A program made the position numbers and the translations under genes. Of a stretch of 64,000 nt of DNA, positions 1 to 11,700 are shown piece by piece. This DNA is from a virus. The notes below the pieces were generated by a model. The model did no database searches. It was not told the DNA's origin and saw only the letters and a list, made by a program, of their open reading frames with translations. The stretch is taken from the IMG/VR virus record IMGVR_UViG_3300042691_018174; one strand, 5' to 3'. Each line of letters starts with the position of its first letter. Within the stretch, counting starts at the first letter, position 1.

Positions 1-3000
1 CCTTGGGTTTTTGGATCTTCGATAATCCTAGCGCACTCATAAGAGCTTAACCTTCTAAAATCTAATTCTGGAAGTGTAATTTTATTTTTAACCCAGAAAT
101 AATAAACATTAACAAAATCATTAATTACAGGATCAAAATATTGATTTATTGATAATACAGTGTTATCAGGAAATCTAGGTTGCCCGGAAATTCCTTTAGA
201 TAGTCCTTCCGCAGTGTCGGCTAACTCAGACCAATCACTTGGTCTAAAATCACTCTTTACCCATTCATATACATCAATTGTAGATCCTGGAAATAATTTA
301 CCCCAGTTATTGCTTCTGTACTCAACCGATCCTTGTTCATACCAATAGTATCTCAGAACACTTGTATCAAACCACAACTCGCCAACATGATCTTCTGCCC
401 ATGTAGTTTTATTATCAACTCTTTCTTTAATACCAGGATTTAACGCAACTGTATATATTGCAGGATCAAAAGGAGAAATATACTTGATTTCTCTTAATAC
501 ATCTAATGGCAGCTTTCCTTTTACTGGGTCAAAGATTTCATAGTTTTCTACTATCTCTAAAGTTTCTTTATTATAAGAAAAAACTTTTTTAATTTTTTCT
601 ACATCAACTAATGGTGTATTCTGATATCTAACTTTAGTCCAAGACCAAGAACTTCCGCAACCGCAATCATCTGATTTTTTATCAAATATAACAACATTAC
701 CTGAATCAGTATAAGTCTGACCTAACTCTTTTAAATCAAACTTGGGAGAACCCACTACACAGAATGTTCCATCTGTAGCAATTCCTGATCCATAATTGTC
801 AGCTGTTCCAGATTCTTTACTCACCAATAATTCACCAAAAGTAAATTTATTTCCTAACCTTTGGAATAGATAAACTGCTCCGGTGTCTCTTGGACTATTA
901 ATGAATCGAGTACTATTATTATCAAATGTTGTTCTTGTGTTTCTTATTGAAGAATTAGGATTTAATACATATTCTGAACCATAAATTTCTACTGAATTCA
1001 CATACCTTTCAGTGTACGTATCAAAATACATAGGAGTATCTTGTTCACCGCCTTCTGCTGATACCAATAACGTGTCGCCATCTGAACTCAATTTAACTTT
1101 TCCACCAAAAAGTTCTCCTGGTTGTTCTTTAGGGGAATTAATCTTCTGTGATAGAATATATTGTCCGGCATTATTTTTTTCTAACACATATATCATTCCT
1201 GCATCTAATTTATTTTCTGAAGAATGATCACTAGAGACAACAATCGTAGTTCCGTTTCCAGAAATTGCAAGGCTATCACCAAATCTATCGCTTCTAGCAG
1301 TTCCTAGTCCTGTAATAGTAATATTGTTTAATACATTTTCATTATCAATAATAACAGAACTAGAAAATACAATAGATTCAGCAGATAAATCTGATATTAT
1401 ATAATCTCCGTTATTTTGCTGGGATCCTTGTATCGATATAGTTTGGCCAATTCTAAAACCATCTCTAATAAAATTTCCCACGTTTCTTGTTAAAGAATTT
1501 AATGTGTTATTGAATACTAATGTAACTTCATCTGTATCATATGTAACTACAGATCCTTTTAATAGTAAATCTCCTTCTGAAATAAAATCATCAGCATATA
1601 ATTTTTGTACTAAATTAAATCTTAGATTTACGGGATCTTTTCTAAAAATAAACACTGCACCAGCATGTGCTTGTGTTCTATCTTTCAGATATTCCGGTGC
1701 TGCGACTATCAAAGTATTTCCATCATCTGATAAATCTATTTCCCAACCAAAATAACTATTAACGCCTAATTCAGGAACTTCAGATGCAATGTTATAAGGC
1801 AAGCCATTCTTTAATTCTACTTTCCACGTATTATTATTGTCTAAATAAAATACAAATATTGCACCTAAATTTTGATTTTGTCCTGGGGCTGCTACCAATA
1901 AAAACGGCTTAGTAGTTCCTGCTAATTTAACTGAATAACCAAAAAATGCATTCGCTTGTGGGCTTGGACTAGATAGTACTACATCAACATAATAATATTG
2001 ATCCACAGAGTCAAACTTCATTATTTTTATAGCACCTTCATCAAATAAACTAGTAGCTGTAAAATTAAAGTTTAATACTCTTTCAAATGGCTGAGTTCCT
2101 AGTTGGCTATTGATAGACTTAGCATTTGAACTATTAGGAGCTCCTGATACAATGTATCTAGTATCTAAATCATCTGATTCCCAAATAGTCAAGCTCTTTC
2201 CATGATTTCTAGGATGCTCGGAAATAGCAACACCATTTTTAAGTGTTTGTATGGTTAATATATCACTGACATTTTCCTCTAATAGGAAACTTTGTTTTAA
2301 TTGTATGTCTTTTGGTTCAAAAACTTGTCTTTCATAGATGTATACACGCCCCTTCTGCAATGTTGTCGCAGAAACTAAAATATTTTTAGATTTTGGAGCA
2401 ACTAAAACTTCTTGGCCGAATGATTGATTAGCTTGTTCAGAATAAGGTCGTAGGTAAGTTGGAATAGTGACTAATTCTTTTTGTAGCACTGCCCAATTAC
2501 CAGTTCCGTCATCGTCAACCCATACTCTTTCACAATCTTGCCACCTAGCAAGACCTTTAATATTAGAAATATCATCAAAAGATTTTAATCGTACATTGTC
2601 AAAATAATATATTAGACCATTTAACAGACCTTCTGGTTCTAATACATCGTTAGCAGTAGTAGAAACCACAAAGGATGTTGGGCTAGAAATTCCAATGACT
2701 TCGAAAATTCCATCTAAACTAATACCGACTTGTCTAATTGCAATGAAATCTCTTAATGACAGGTTATGTGCGATGTCAGTAATGTACTCTATTAAATTAT
2801 TTTCCACATCTCCTACATAGTTAATAATCCTAGCAGTAGACAACGTGTACCTTTTGACTCCCCAGTCCCCTATCTTGTTCATGGCGATCCATACAGTGTC
2901 CCCTTCTTTAATAGAAGATACAGAAGTTAGTGATAATAAATTGTCTTCTTTAAATGCTGTAAATGTAACATCGTCAACTCTAACATAACCAGCTGTTGGT

Positions 3001-6000
3001 ATTTTTTGATACTGTTGATAATTATTTCCAGATTGAATAGATGTGTCTAAAGTTGGCCAGGGAGAACCATCAAAGAAATCAGGCTTAACTAAGATATTTT
3101 CTATAGTAATCTTATATGAATCATCGTATGTTGGTTCAACAGCACCGTAATCAAATTCAAATATTTGAGGGTTCTGTTTAAACTTATTTTGATCTAACGT
3201 GAATTCTACTTCTTTATAAGAATTTTCCCCACCAAAATTCCCTACTCTGAACGCCCATTCTTCTTGTAATTCAATATGAGATCCTAAATTCAAATTACTT
3301 GAAACACTGAGTTTTTCTAATGGTAGAATGGTTCCTTTTTCTCTAATATAACCTTGATAAAATTTATATTGACTATTTTCATCTGAAATCAGTGCATTTA
3401 AATAAGTTCTAGGCGTATATCCGATTAATTTTTGTGCTAGTTTTTGTTGCGCTGAATCAAAATTTAAGGAATCTAAACTGTAAAAGTCTTCAAACTGAGA
3501 AATTTTATATTCAAAGTTAGGAAGAATTTGTGCAATTGGTTCTTTGCCTAATTGTACCCAATTTTCATAATTAAACGAACTTGATGGTAACAATTTAGTT
3601 TTAGCTTGATAAAAATTAGTTTGATATTTTACTACATCGCCAATAGAATAGTCGATATCAGGTTGCCAATAATCAATATTCGCAGGATCATATATAAATC
3701 CTGGAACATAATAATCACCTTCCCACCCATCTGTTATAATGCCAGTTATCTTAAATCTAAGTTGTTTATATCCTGATATTGGTTCATAAATTAAATCATT
3801 AAAAAATGTCTTGTTATCAAAAACAACAATATTTTCTTTTTGTACTAATGTTAGTTTGACAAAATATACGCCGTCATTTGGAATGTCAGCTGTGTCAATT
3901 TTAAATTCTCCACCATTTCTTACAACATTAATTTTGCTTCTATCAATTAATGTTCCGTCAGATTTTAGTAGAGTATAATCATAAAAATCTTCCTGTATAT
4001 CTTGTACAACTGCATCAGGACTTATAAATTTAACTTTTGCTGCAAAGGGAGCGACACTGATAATATTAGAATTAGTCCAATTTTGGGATGCCCAGAATAA
4101 GAACTCTTTGCCAGACAGCATCCAATTAGCAGTGACTTCCAACTCATTTAATAATTCATCGAAAACAAATCCCTGCACTTCTAACCATTTCCCGTAACTT
4201 AAGATAAAATTAAATGTGTCCTGAACACTTTTAAAATATGTACCGTAAGGAATTAATATTTCAGTCTCTTCAAAATTAGCTGGTACTCTAGCCTCAATAC
4301 CTCCAATTTTTGGCAAGTACGGTAGAGGATAATATAAATTTTCATCAAAGGTAGTACTTGTTTTATGATCTGCTTTAGACCTATAAAAAGAAGTCCCAAG
4401 AGCTACTACTGTGCCGCCTGATATATTACTATTATCTGACCAAGTGATATAAGATTCGCTGGTAGCCCCAACACTTATCACGGTATCTCCAGGAGACTCT
4501 ATAGCGTTAAAAATTTTAAAATATGGTTTTAAACTATCATAACCTCGAACCTTAAATCCTTCTGGAGTTTTTTCAATGATTATTCCAGACATTGATAATG
4601 TTTTAATTGGTGAGCTTACGTTTAGATCTAGTTTATAATTTTCAAATGGAATATAGATTTGATTTACAGTTTTATTACTAGATACTGTTTCTAAAGCTAT
4701 TTTAAATTTTTCTTTAGATGAAAATCCGCCAACTTTGTAAAGTAAATTAACAGAAATATTGTTAATAAACTTTTTAAAGGTTGTTGCAGATTCCTGTGAC
4801 TTTGTTTTATTATATTCTACAATATACGGAGAATAACCAGTAGACAATACTATCGATCCATTTTCTTTAGTGGAAAATATTTTTAAATCTTTTGGCGAAA
4901 CTCTTAAATTTGTTTCGCTATAAACTAACTGATTAGCAATATTAAATTTGTTTCTATACGTATCAAAATTCAATGTAGCGTATTTGGCAGGCTTACTTAA
5001 AAATGCTACCATTTGCAATGCGAAAGGATAGAAAGAACTTCTTCTCCATGAATTTTCAGCAGGCCCTATATCACCAAAATCCCAATCTCTGTATTTTTTA
5101 TTTTGATCATATTCTTGTATAATACCAATAACTAATGGATCTCTTAAATCACCATAATCGTCAACTGGTAGAATATTTTTTAATCCTGGCCTAGTATAAA
5201 TCTCATGAAAACCTTGCCTATTTCCTAATCTAACAAACCCTTTTTCTAAATCGTCCCAAAGAATTTTGTTACCAGAAGTATAAGGAGCCGCTCCGTATTC
5301 TGAATCCCACCATTGAGGCTTTTCATTAAATCCCAACATCTCCCATGGTGATGTGTGAGGTCTATCAGTATCATAATAGAACTTAAAAATTTTCCTCCAA
5401 GACCCATTTAACACGATATTAGATGCTAAATTTCCAAATCCATTTGTAAAATTATAAGCGAAAGAACTTGTATAATATTGATTATTATTAGGTTTATAAT
5501 CGACACCGTAAGTACCAGTCCATCTCAAAAATTCTTCTTCCAAGATACTCTGGAATCTTTTGACATCCCCTTTATTATTTCTAAAAACTCCTGGCACTAC
5601 TTCATTGATATCAAAAAATCTTGGATCATACTTAACTTTGATGTTATTAAAAATTCTCTTTTCAATTTCTAACATAAACAAATCTCTATCATCACCGTAG
5701 GCAATTGATATTGATCCATCATGTCCTTGTAAAACTGTCTGAGTTTCTATATAAGTGTCATCTTCAAATATTTTGGGTTCAAAAACTGGGTATAGACCTA
5801 ACTTAGTTGGTGTAAATGGTACACAAGCTCCGTAAACATTATTAAAAAATACTATTTTTATATTATCATTCAATGATAAAGATTTAACAAATGTTACTAA
5901 CGAATTAGTATCATCTAATACATAATCATAATCAATTGTTTGCAAAATATTGTTTAGATACACTGAAATAGCTGTTTTACCTAATGCATTCCTATTATAC

Positions 6001-8690
6001 ACATTAGAAGAAACATAAGCATATGCCTTTCTATTCACATTTTGCACTTGATATGTAAACGCACGACTATCATACCCGTATGGTATCATATCACTATAAT
6101 AGAATATGTCAGTAACTGTTTTATCCTTAGCAATATCTGATAATACTGTATCAACTGCTTCGGATACTGATGTATAGCTACTAAGCTCAGTAAATTTCTG
6201 TAAAAGTTTTACTTTAAATTTTTGATATTCTACTGCTGACCAACGGAGTGCATTGATTAAATTAAAATCTTTATCAGTAATTAATGCACCAGCTAAACTA
6301 ACTAAACCCTCGTGCTGTACAAATCTTCTTCCATATTTTTTCAAGTCACCTTTGTCTCGTAAATTGCTTGATGTGATGACTTCATTAATGCCTTTAGATG
6401 CATTTAACAAAATAGAATTTAAATGGTCGTTAATCTCAGCATAGGTCATATTCTGAGGATATTCATTTAATGGATTATTAGTTAAATTTATAGGGGCTTC
6501 ATAATACCCTTTATCTTTTTTGTCATATACTGGCAAAGCTCTAACTACAACAACGTCATTTTCTGCTAAGTTAAAATTAAAATTTAAAAATAATGCATCA
6601 AAAGCCACATCAGAAGATAAATCAAAAGAATTTTTGTCTAATTCTTCACCGTTTATGAAAACTCTAATTGTTGCTTTAGATGTTTGGACGTTAAGTGAAT
6701 CCAGTTCAACAGAACTCTCACCACCAATAGCAATTTTTTGTTCAATTATTTCTTGAATAGAGTTAGAATCACATTTTTCCCAAGAATTTACGTATCTCAA
6801 TGTATCATCATTGATTCTTAAAAATCCATTTTTTGAATTAAGATTTAGTTTTACATTATTTGAAAAATAATTCCACTCACCTATCGATAAAAAATTCGTA
6901 AACTGATATCCGCCTACATTAGACACGTTGCCGTATCTTATAGGAAATCCTAATACAGGATCATCAACGCCAGTACCTGTTTGATATCCAAATATTGGTG
7001 TCCCGTAAAAATCACTACCGAAATACTCTGAAAACCCAACACCTGTTTCATCATATAGTTCAAATAAAGGGGTTTGATTTACTTTGGTTTTTATTTGTGC
7101 CTTAACCCATTGGCTATTTTTATAAACCCAAGAAGTTCTTCCGTTTTTTGTGCCACGTAAAACTAAAAGACCTTGTTCATCTGATGGGAATGAATCATCT
7201 GTTTGTTTTAAATGAATTTTTCTAATACCTTCAATATCTAAAAATTCAACTTCGTAAACATTATTTTTAACATCTGGATCTTTTTCATTTAAAAAAACAA
7301 TTCTATTACCGTGTTCTAATGATTGTCCATCAATGTAAAATCCTAATGATCCTTCAATTTTACTATACGCATCATCAATGGTTTCATCTAAAAAGTCTAC
7401 ATATTTTTTAGATGTAGATGCAAAATTATATAACTGTAAATTTTTTTCAAATTCTATAATAGGTCTTTTAGCTCTTAGATTTTCATCAAATAACGGTTCA
7501 ATATTATTGTATTCTGCAGACGCATTAATTACATCTATATGAAACCATCTATTATAGCGACTCCATGGATTTTTATCTTTGCTTGCTCGATTAATTACAA
7601 TATAATCAGGTGTTTCTGGATACATTGTAACTTCATCAAAAGGCAATTCATCAAAAGATTCTAAATCAAACGAAGTTTCAACTTTACTAGAATATCCTTC
7701 AACAGTAACTAATTCCTCATAATCTATTAGTTCAATTGCTTGTCCCACACCTTCAACAATAAAAGTTTTATTTCTATAATATTCAGGAACAACATTATCA
7801 GAAAAAGATACTGTCATTCCATTACTAAGACTAAATCCTTCTTTGATTTGATAAGTTTTTTTAGTTAAAATATCTTTTTCAACATCTAATTCAGTATTTT
7901 CTACCTGATCTCTTATTAAGAATTTTCCAAATATTGTTGAATCTGTTCCATCAACATAAAACAAAGAACTAGGTGTATCTTCTAAAACTTCAAATATAAC
8001 TTTGCCAGATGTCGCACCATTGTTAGTAACTCCAGCTGATTGATCTAACGATCCGCTAGTCCGTGAGTTTTTAATATAAAATTCACTAGTTAAGGTATCA
8101 ACTTCAAAAACATAAGTAAACCCTCTATATAAAGTTAGTGTAGGATTTACTGCGATTTCATTATTACTAAATTTCCATACCTTATCACCATTTTCTTCAG
8201 ATATAGAAACAGAGATAGTACTAACAATATTTTTTTCTCTTCCCGTAATTAAAACAGTCTGTGGTCCGCTAGGTACCCAAACATAACTTCTATAGTTTAC
8301 AAACTTATCAAGATCAATATGCGGATTCCAAGTATAACTCTGCTGTTTAAATAATCTATCTTGATTTTTGATATCTGAACCGAATAAAGAAAGACTATTC
8401 AAAATATCTTCATAAGATTTACTGAATTCTACTTTATCTGTAATAGGATTTCTTATAACAATTCCTGGCTCTAACTCATAAACATCTCGCAAAGAATTTG
8501 ATGAAACGTTGCTTAGATATGAATCAACAGATGGATCAAAAGTTTTTAATATTTTGCTGCCAACATATCCGTCAATCTTTTTTAAATTAGGCTTTTGTAT
8601 TAATTGGTCAACAGTCCCTGATAAAAACTTTTCGTTCGCATCAGTCCTAAAGATTACTGGAAGTAATTCAATTGATTTTCTTTTACTCAT
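1..8690 (-). CDS. Giant baseplate wedge-like structural protein (T4 gp7 position), partial, >2,890 aa, runs off the left edge
   Basis: Absent from the ORF track because no stop lies in the window. ATG at 8690 (MSKRKSIELLPVIFRTDANEKFL...), 10 nt after the gp6-like stop. The same frame reads ...YECARIIEDPKTQ at position 3. Contains FG-GAP-like repeats at about 700-2430. The gp7 equivalence rests on position only. Confidence 0.8.
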   Translation of the reverse strand, partial: MSKRKSIELLPVIFRTDANEKFLSGTVDQLIQKPNLKKIDGYVGSKILKTFDPSVDSYLSNVSSNSLRDVYELEPGIVIRNPITDKVEFSKSYEDILNSLSLFGSDIKNQDRLFKQQSYTWNPHIDLDKFVNYRSYVWVPSGPQTVLITGREKNIVSTISVSISEENGDKVWKFSNNEIAVNPTLTLYRGFTYVFEVDTLTSEFYIKNSRTSGSLDQSAGVTNNGATSGKVIFEVLEDTPSSLFYVDGTDSTIFGKFLIRDQVENTELDVEKDILTKKTYQIKEGFSLSNGMTVSFSDNVVPEYYRNKTFIVEGVGQAIELIDYEELVTVEGYSSKVETSFDLESFDELPFDEVTMYPETPDYIVINRASKDKNPWSRYNRWFHIDVINASAEYNNIEPLFDENLRAKRPIIEFEKNLQLYNFASTSKKYVDFLDETIDDAYSKIEGSLGFYIDGQSLEHGNRIVFLNEKDPDVKNNVYEVEFLDIEGIRKIHLKQTDDSFPSDEQGLLVLRGTKNGRTSWVYKNSQWVKAQIKTKVNQTPLFELYDETGVGFSEYFGSDFYGTPIFGYQTGTGVDDPVLGFPIRYGNVSNVGGYQFTNFLSIGEWNYFSNNVKLNLNSKNGFLRINDDTLRYVNSWEKCDSNSIQEIIEQKIAIGGESSVELDSLNVQTSKATIRVFINGEELDKNSFDLSSDVAFDALFLNFNFNLAENDVVVVRALPVYDKKDKGYYEAPINLTNNPLNEYPQNMTYAEINDHLNSILLNASKGINEVITSSNLRDKGDLKKYGRRFVQHEGLVSLAGALITDKDFNLINALRWSAVEYQKFKVKLLQKFTELSSYTSVSEAVDTVLSDIAKDKTVTDIFYYSDMIPYGYDSRAFTYQVQNVNRKAYAYVSSNVYNRNALGKTAISVYLNNILQTIDYDYVLDDTNSLVTFVKSLSLNDNIKIVFFNNVYGACVPFTPTKLGLYPVFEPKIFEDDTYIETQTVLQGHDGSISIAYGDDRDLFMLEIEKRIFNNIKVKYDPRFFDINEVVPGVFRNNKGDVKRFQSILEEEFLRWTGTYGVDYKPNNNQYYTSSFAYNFTNGFGNLASNIVLNGSWRKIFKFYYDTDRPHTSPWEMLGFNEKPQWWDSEYGAAPYTSGNKILWDDLEKGFVRLGNRQGFHEIYTRPGLKNILPVDDYGDLRDPLVIGIIQEYDQNKKYRDWDFGDIGPAENSWRRSSFYPFALQMVAFLSKPAKYATLNFDTYRNKFNIANQLVYSETNLRVSPKDLKIFSTKENGSIVLSTGYSPYIVEYNKTKSQESATTFKKFINNISVNLLYKVGGFSSKEKFKIALETVSSNKTVNQIYIPFENYKLDLNVSSPIKTLSMSGIIIEKTPEGFKVRGYDSLKPYFKIFNAIESPGDTVISVGATSESYITWSDNSNISGGTVVALGTSFYRSKADHKTSTTFDENLYYPLPYLPKIGGIEARVPANFEETEILIPYGTYFKSVQDTFNFILSYGKWLEVQGFVFDELLNELEVTANWMLSGKEFLFWASQNWTNSNIISVAPFAAKVKFISPDAVVQDIQEDFYDYTLLKSDGTLIDRSKINVVRNGGEFKIDTADIPNDGVYFVKLTLVQKENIVVFDNKTFFNDLIYEPISGYKQLRFKITGIITDGWEGDYYVPGFIYDPANIDYWQPDIDYSIGDVVKYQTNFYQAKTKLLPSSSFNYENWVQLGKEPIAQILPNFEYKISQFEDFYSLDSLNFDSAQQKLAQKLIGYTPRTYLNALISDENSQYKFYQGYIREKGTILPLEKLSVSSNLNLGSHIELQEEWAFRVGNFGGENSYKEVEFTLDQNKFKQNPQIFEFDYGAVEPTYDDSYKITIENILVKPDFFDGSPWPTLDTSIQSGNNYQQYQKIPTAGYVRVDDVTFTAFKEDNLLSLTSVSSIKEGDTVWIAMNKIGDWGVKRYTLSTARIINYVGDVENNLIEYITDIAHNLSLRDFIAIRQVGISLDGIFEVIGISSPTSFVVSTTANDVLEPEGLLNGLIYYFDNVRLKSFDDISNIKGLARWQDCERVWVDDDGTGNWAVLQKELVTIPTYLRPYSEQANQSFGQEVLVAPKSKNILVSATTLQKGRVYIYERQVFEPKDIQLKQSFLLEENVSDILTIQTLKNGVAISEHPRNHGKSLTIWESDDLDTRYIVSGAPNSSNAKSINSQLGTQPFERVLNFNFTATSLFDEGAIKIMKFDSVDQYYYVDVVLSSPSPQANAFFGYSVKLAGTTKPFLLVAAPGQNQNLGAIFVFYLDNNNTWKVELKNGLPYNIASEVPELGVNSYFGWEIDLSDDGNTLIVAAPEYLKDRTQAHAGAVFIFRKDPVNLRFNLVQKLYADDFISEGDLLLKGSVVTYDTDEVTLVFNNTLNSLTRNVGNFIRDGFRIGQTISIQGSQQNNGDYIISDLSAESIVFSSSVIIDNENVLNNITITGLGTARSDRFGDSLAISGNGTTIVVSSDHSSENKLDAGMIYVLEKNNAGQYILSQKINSPKEQPGELFGGKVKLSSDGDTLLVSAEGGEQDTPMYFDTYTERYVNSVEIYGSEYVLNPNSSIRNTRTTFDNNSTRFINSPRDTGAVYLFQRLGNKFTFGELLVSKESGTADNYGSGIATDGTFCVVGSPKFDLKELGQTYTDSGNVVIFDKKSDDCGCGSSWSWTKVRYQNTPLVDVEKIKKVFSYNKETLEIVENYEIFDPVKGKLPLDVLREIKYISPFDPAIYTVALNPGIKERVDNKTTWAEDHVGELWFDTSVLRYYWYEQGSVEYRSNNWGKLFPGSTIDVYEWVKSDFRPSDWSELADTAEGLSKGISGQPRFPDNTVLSINQYFDPVINDFVNVYYFWVKNKITLPELDFRRLSSYECARIIEDPKTQ

Positions 8691-8700
8691 TTGTTATCCA

Positions 8701-11700
8701 TTAGTTGCTAGAAACCACAATTGGTCCGTTTGTTTTTAACAGTCCACTTGTTACTGTATTAATTATTTCTAAATTTTCGACACTGGCCGTACTTAAAAAT
8801 ATTTCATCTGGTTGGCAAAATACTTGAAATAAACTTCCAAAATATTTTTCAGGAGAAGTTGGAACTATTAAAAAGTTAACTACGTCTGGACTGAGTTCTT
8901 TAATAACATATGCACTCAACTCTCCAAAATTAAACGTATCTCCAAAATCCCAATTTTGTAAACTAAAAAATTCATTCATACTTTCAATTACTCTAACTTT
9001 AATATCATTATCATTAGTAATTGAACTTGGGTTTTTAACTATATAAAATTGTGCTTGTAGGTCTTGCTCTGCCCCATTACCAAATAGCAATTTATATTTC
9101 GCTGTGTGAAATACTACTTCATCACTGATACTTTTTACGCTACTTAATTTACTTCCGTATGTTTCAAATAATTCTAAAGATGTAGGCGCAGGAGGCGGAT
9201 CTCCTTCTTGATTTAGCACCCAAGTTCTAACACTGTCATCGTATGTTTTCGTTAATAGATAAACGTCGATTATATTAGATTTGGCAGGATCAATTCTGTA
9301 ATCTTGCGAAGCTTGATGTTTATATTGGAATGCTAAACTATCTCTACCTGGAAATGCTTCAATAGAATTTACAACAACTAAAGATCTTGAATCATCCAAT
9401 CTCTTAACTATGTTTTCTGTAGGGCTATAAAAATAAAATAACTGTCCTATATCATATGAATTTAAATCTTGTAGATCAAGTTCATTTTCAAATGTTAATA
9501 TTTGACTGTTATCAAAAATATTTTTAACAACTGTTCCTTCAAGTTGTAAGGATTCTAAAAATACGAAAGATCTAATAGTATTTGAGTCAGGATCGATAGT
9601 TGTAGGCTCAGTCACATTATCAAAAGAGTCAGGATCATCAACAATACCATCACCTGTTTTATCAGAAAAACTTATCTTAATTCTATTATTGTCTTTATAT
9701 CCATCTAAATTAGAAAACATGCCTGTAATTTCAAATTGATAGCTCTGACCTAAAGGTGTTCCGTCACTAACTTTGTCATTAATAGAAAGTATTACAATAT
9801 TATCTTTAGAAGTTCCGCCTAATTTTTTATTATATCTTTTATCTTCATCATTAAAATAAAAATTAATTTTTCTTTCACTTTGGAATATATAATCCAACCC
9901 TCTATAACGTACTATATAATTGTCCCCGTCAGTTTGAAAGGAAACTAACCAACTTGCGTCTAATCCTAAATTGCTTATGTCGCCAGAATAAGTTAAAGAA
10001 AACTCTGAAGTTAAATCTAAATTACTTAGATTAATAATTTTCCATTCAGCAACATCCCGATCGTATCTAATTCCAAAATCTCTTCTTAAGAAAAGTTGAT
10101 TAGCTATTTCAGACTCGAAAGAAAAAGGAATGTCTGTGACAAATAATGGTATAATTTGTGAAGGCACAGCCCCAGTAGGCACTTGATTAGTGATACCAAT
10201 TAAACCAATACCAGTTTCATCAGTTCCAGTTCCTAAATTACTTCCATCACCTGATTGATAGATAATTTTTGTCCAAATATAATCTTTTGTATTTTTAGTT
10301 TTAGTATTTGTGATTAAATTACTTGGGGAAAAATATTTTCCAGTTGGTGGCACAAACTTAATTAACGCTTCAGCTTTGACATATCTCAATGCTGATTGAG
10401 TAAATTGACCAACAGGTACTGCTGATTGAGTAGTATTACTTTTAAAATAACCAGTTGATTGATTTGGTTCAGATGAAATATTGTACCAAGCAACTCCTAA
10501 ATTTCCTATAGCTATTCTTTCAAAATTTCTATAATAAAAATCTCGCATTGCCTCGGTACTAATTAACGGTTCAATTTTAGTTTTGACTAAACCAAATACT
10601 TCATTTTTTGTATCAAATGTGAATATAAAAGAATTAGTATAAGAATTAAAATATAAAGCACCGTCATCTGCATAAAGATCTACCGAGCTAGATCTTCCTG
10701 TTGGGTCATTTATTTCAAAATATCTACTGATGCCGGAAGAAATTCTATTAACTGATTTAATTTTTATAATGTCTTGACTAAAACTTAGTGGTAATATGTT
10801 ATAGTCTTCGCCTGTTATCATCCTATTTTGTGTATAATATACCTGAGGGGCATTTTCTCTTATACTAGAATTAGATTCTGAAGATGCACTGGAATTAACA
10901 CTGGCTTGTAGACTTAAAGTCATACTAACAGTATTGATCTGACCATTTTTTGAAATATAAGGAATTCTAACTTGAACATCTGACATCTCTTGAGGGGAGA
11001 TAGAGTAACTTAGACCATTAGAAGTTCTGTAATATATCCTAAAATCCCCGTTTGGTACTCGGCCAAACACTCCGTCACTAAAATGTAAATCTATTTGATC
11101 ATTTTCTCTGCTGCTAACACTATAAAATGTTTTTATTTTGTTTTTCAAATTAGTGTAGATTGCGTTATTTCCGCTTACACTATCTAATTTGGTCCACAAA
11201 GTTCCCAGTGTATTATCAACGTTTAATTGATAAAGCCAGACATCAGTTTCATTAATGTTTTCAACATCAATTCCAATAATTTCATTAGAAACAGCATTGT
11301 TTACAGTAAAGTCGGCACTAGATAGCGCACCTTCTTTAAACTGCAAGAACCATCCACTATTTTTACTAGCACTACCTTTATTGTCATTTTTGTATATAAC
11401 CCCGAATTCCCCGCCCAACTTAGGTGAGGTCTCAGATATGGTGTCAGTATCAATAATATTAGAACTAACGATTTCAAAAGACATTGGGAATCCAGCTACA
11501 TTTTTAGTAAAAGAAAAAATAGGAACGTCTGATGTTACACTGCCTAAATTATATTGTTCTGTTAAAATTCCATTAATTGTTCTCCTACTATTTGGTTTTC
11601 CAAAAATAGCAGTAGACATTGCAGAATTCATTACCAACGTAAACTGTTGATACCAATCTTGGTTGGTGCCGTCGTTCCAAGAAATTATTTTATTGCTTAA

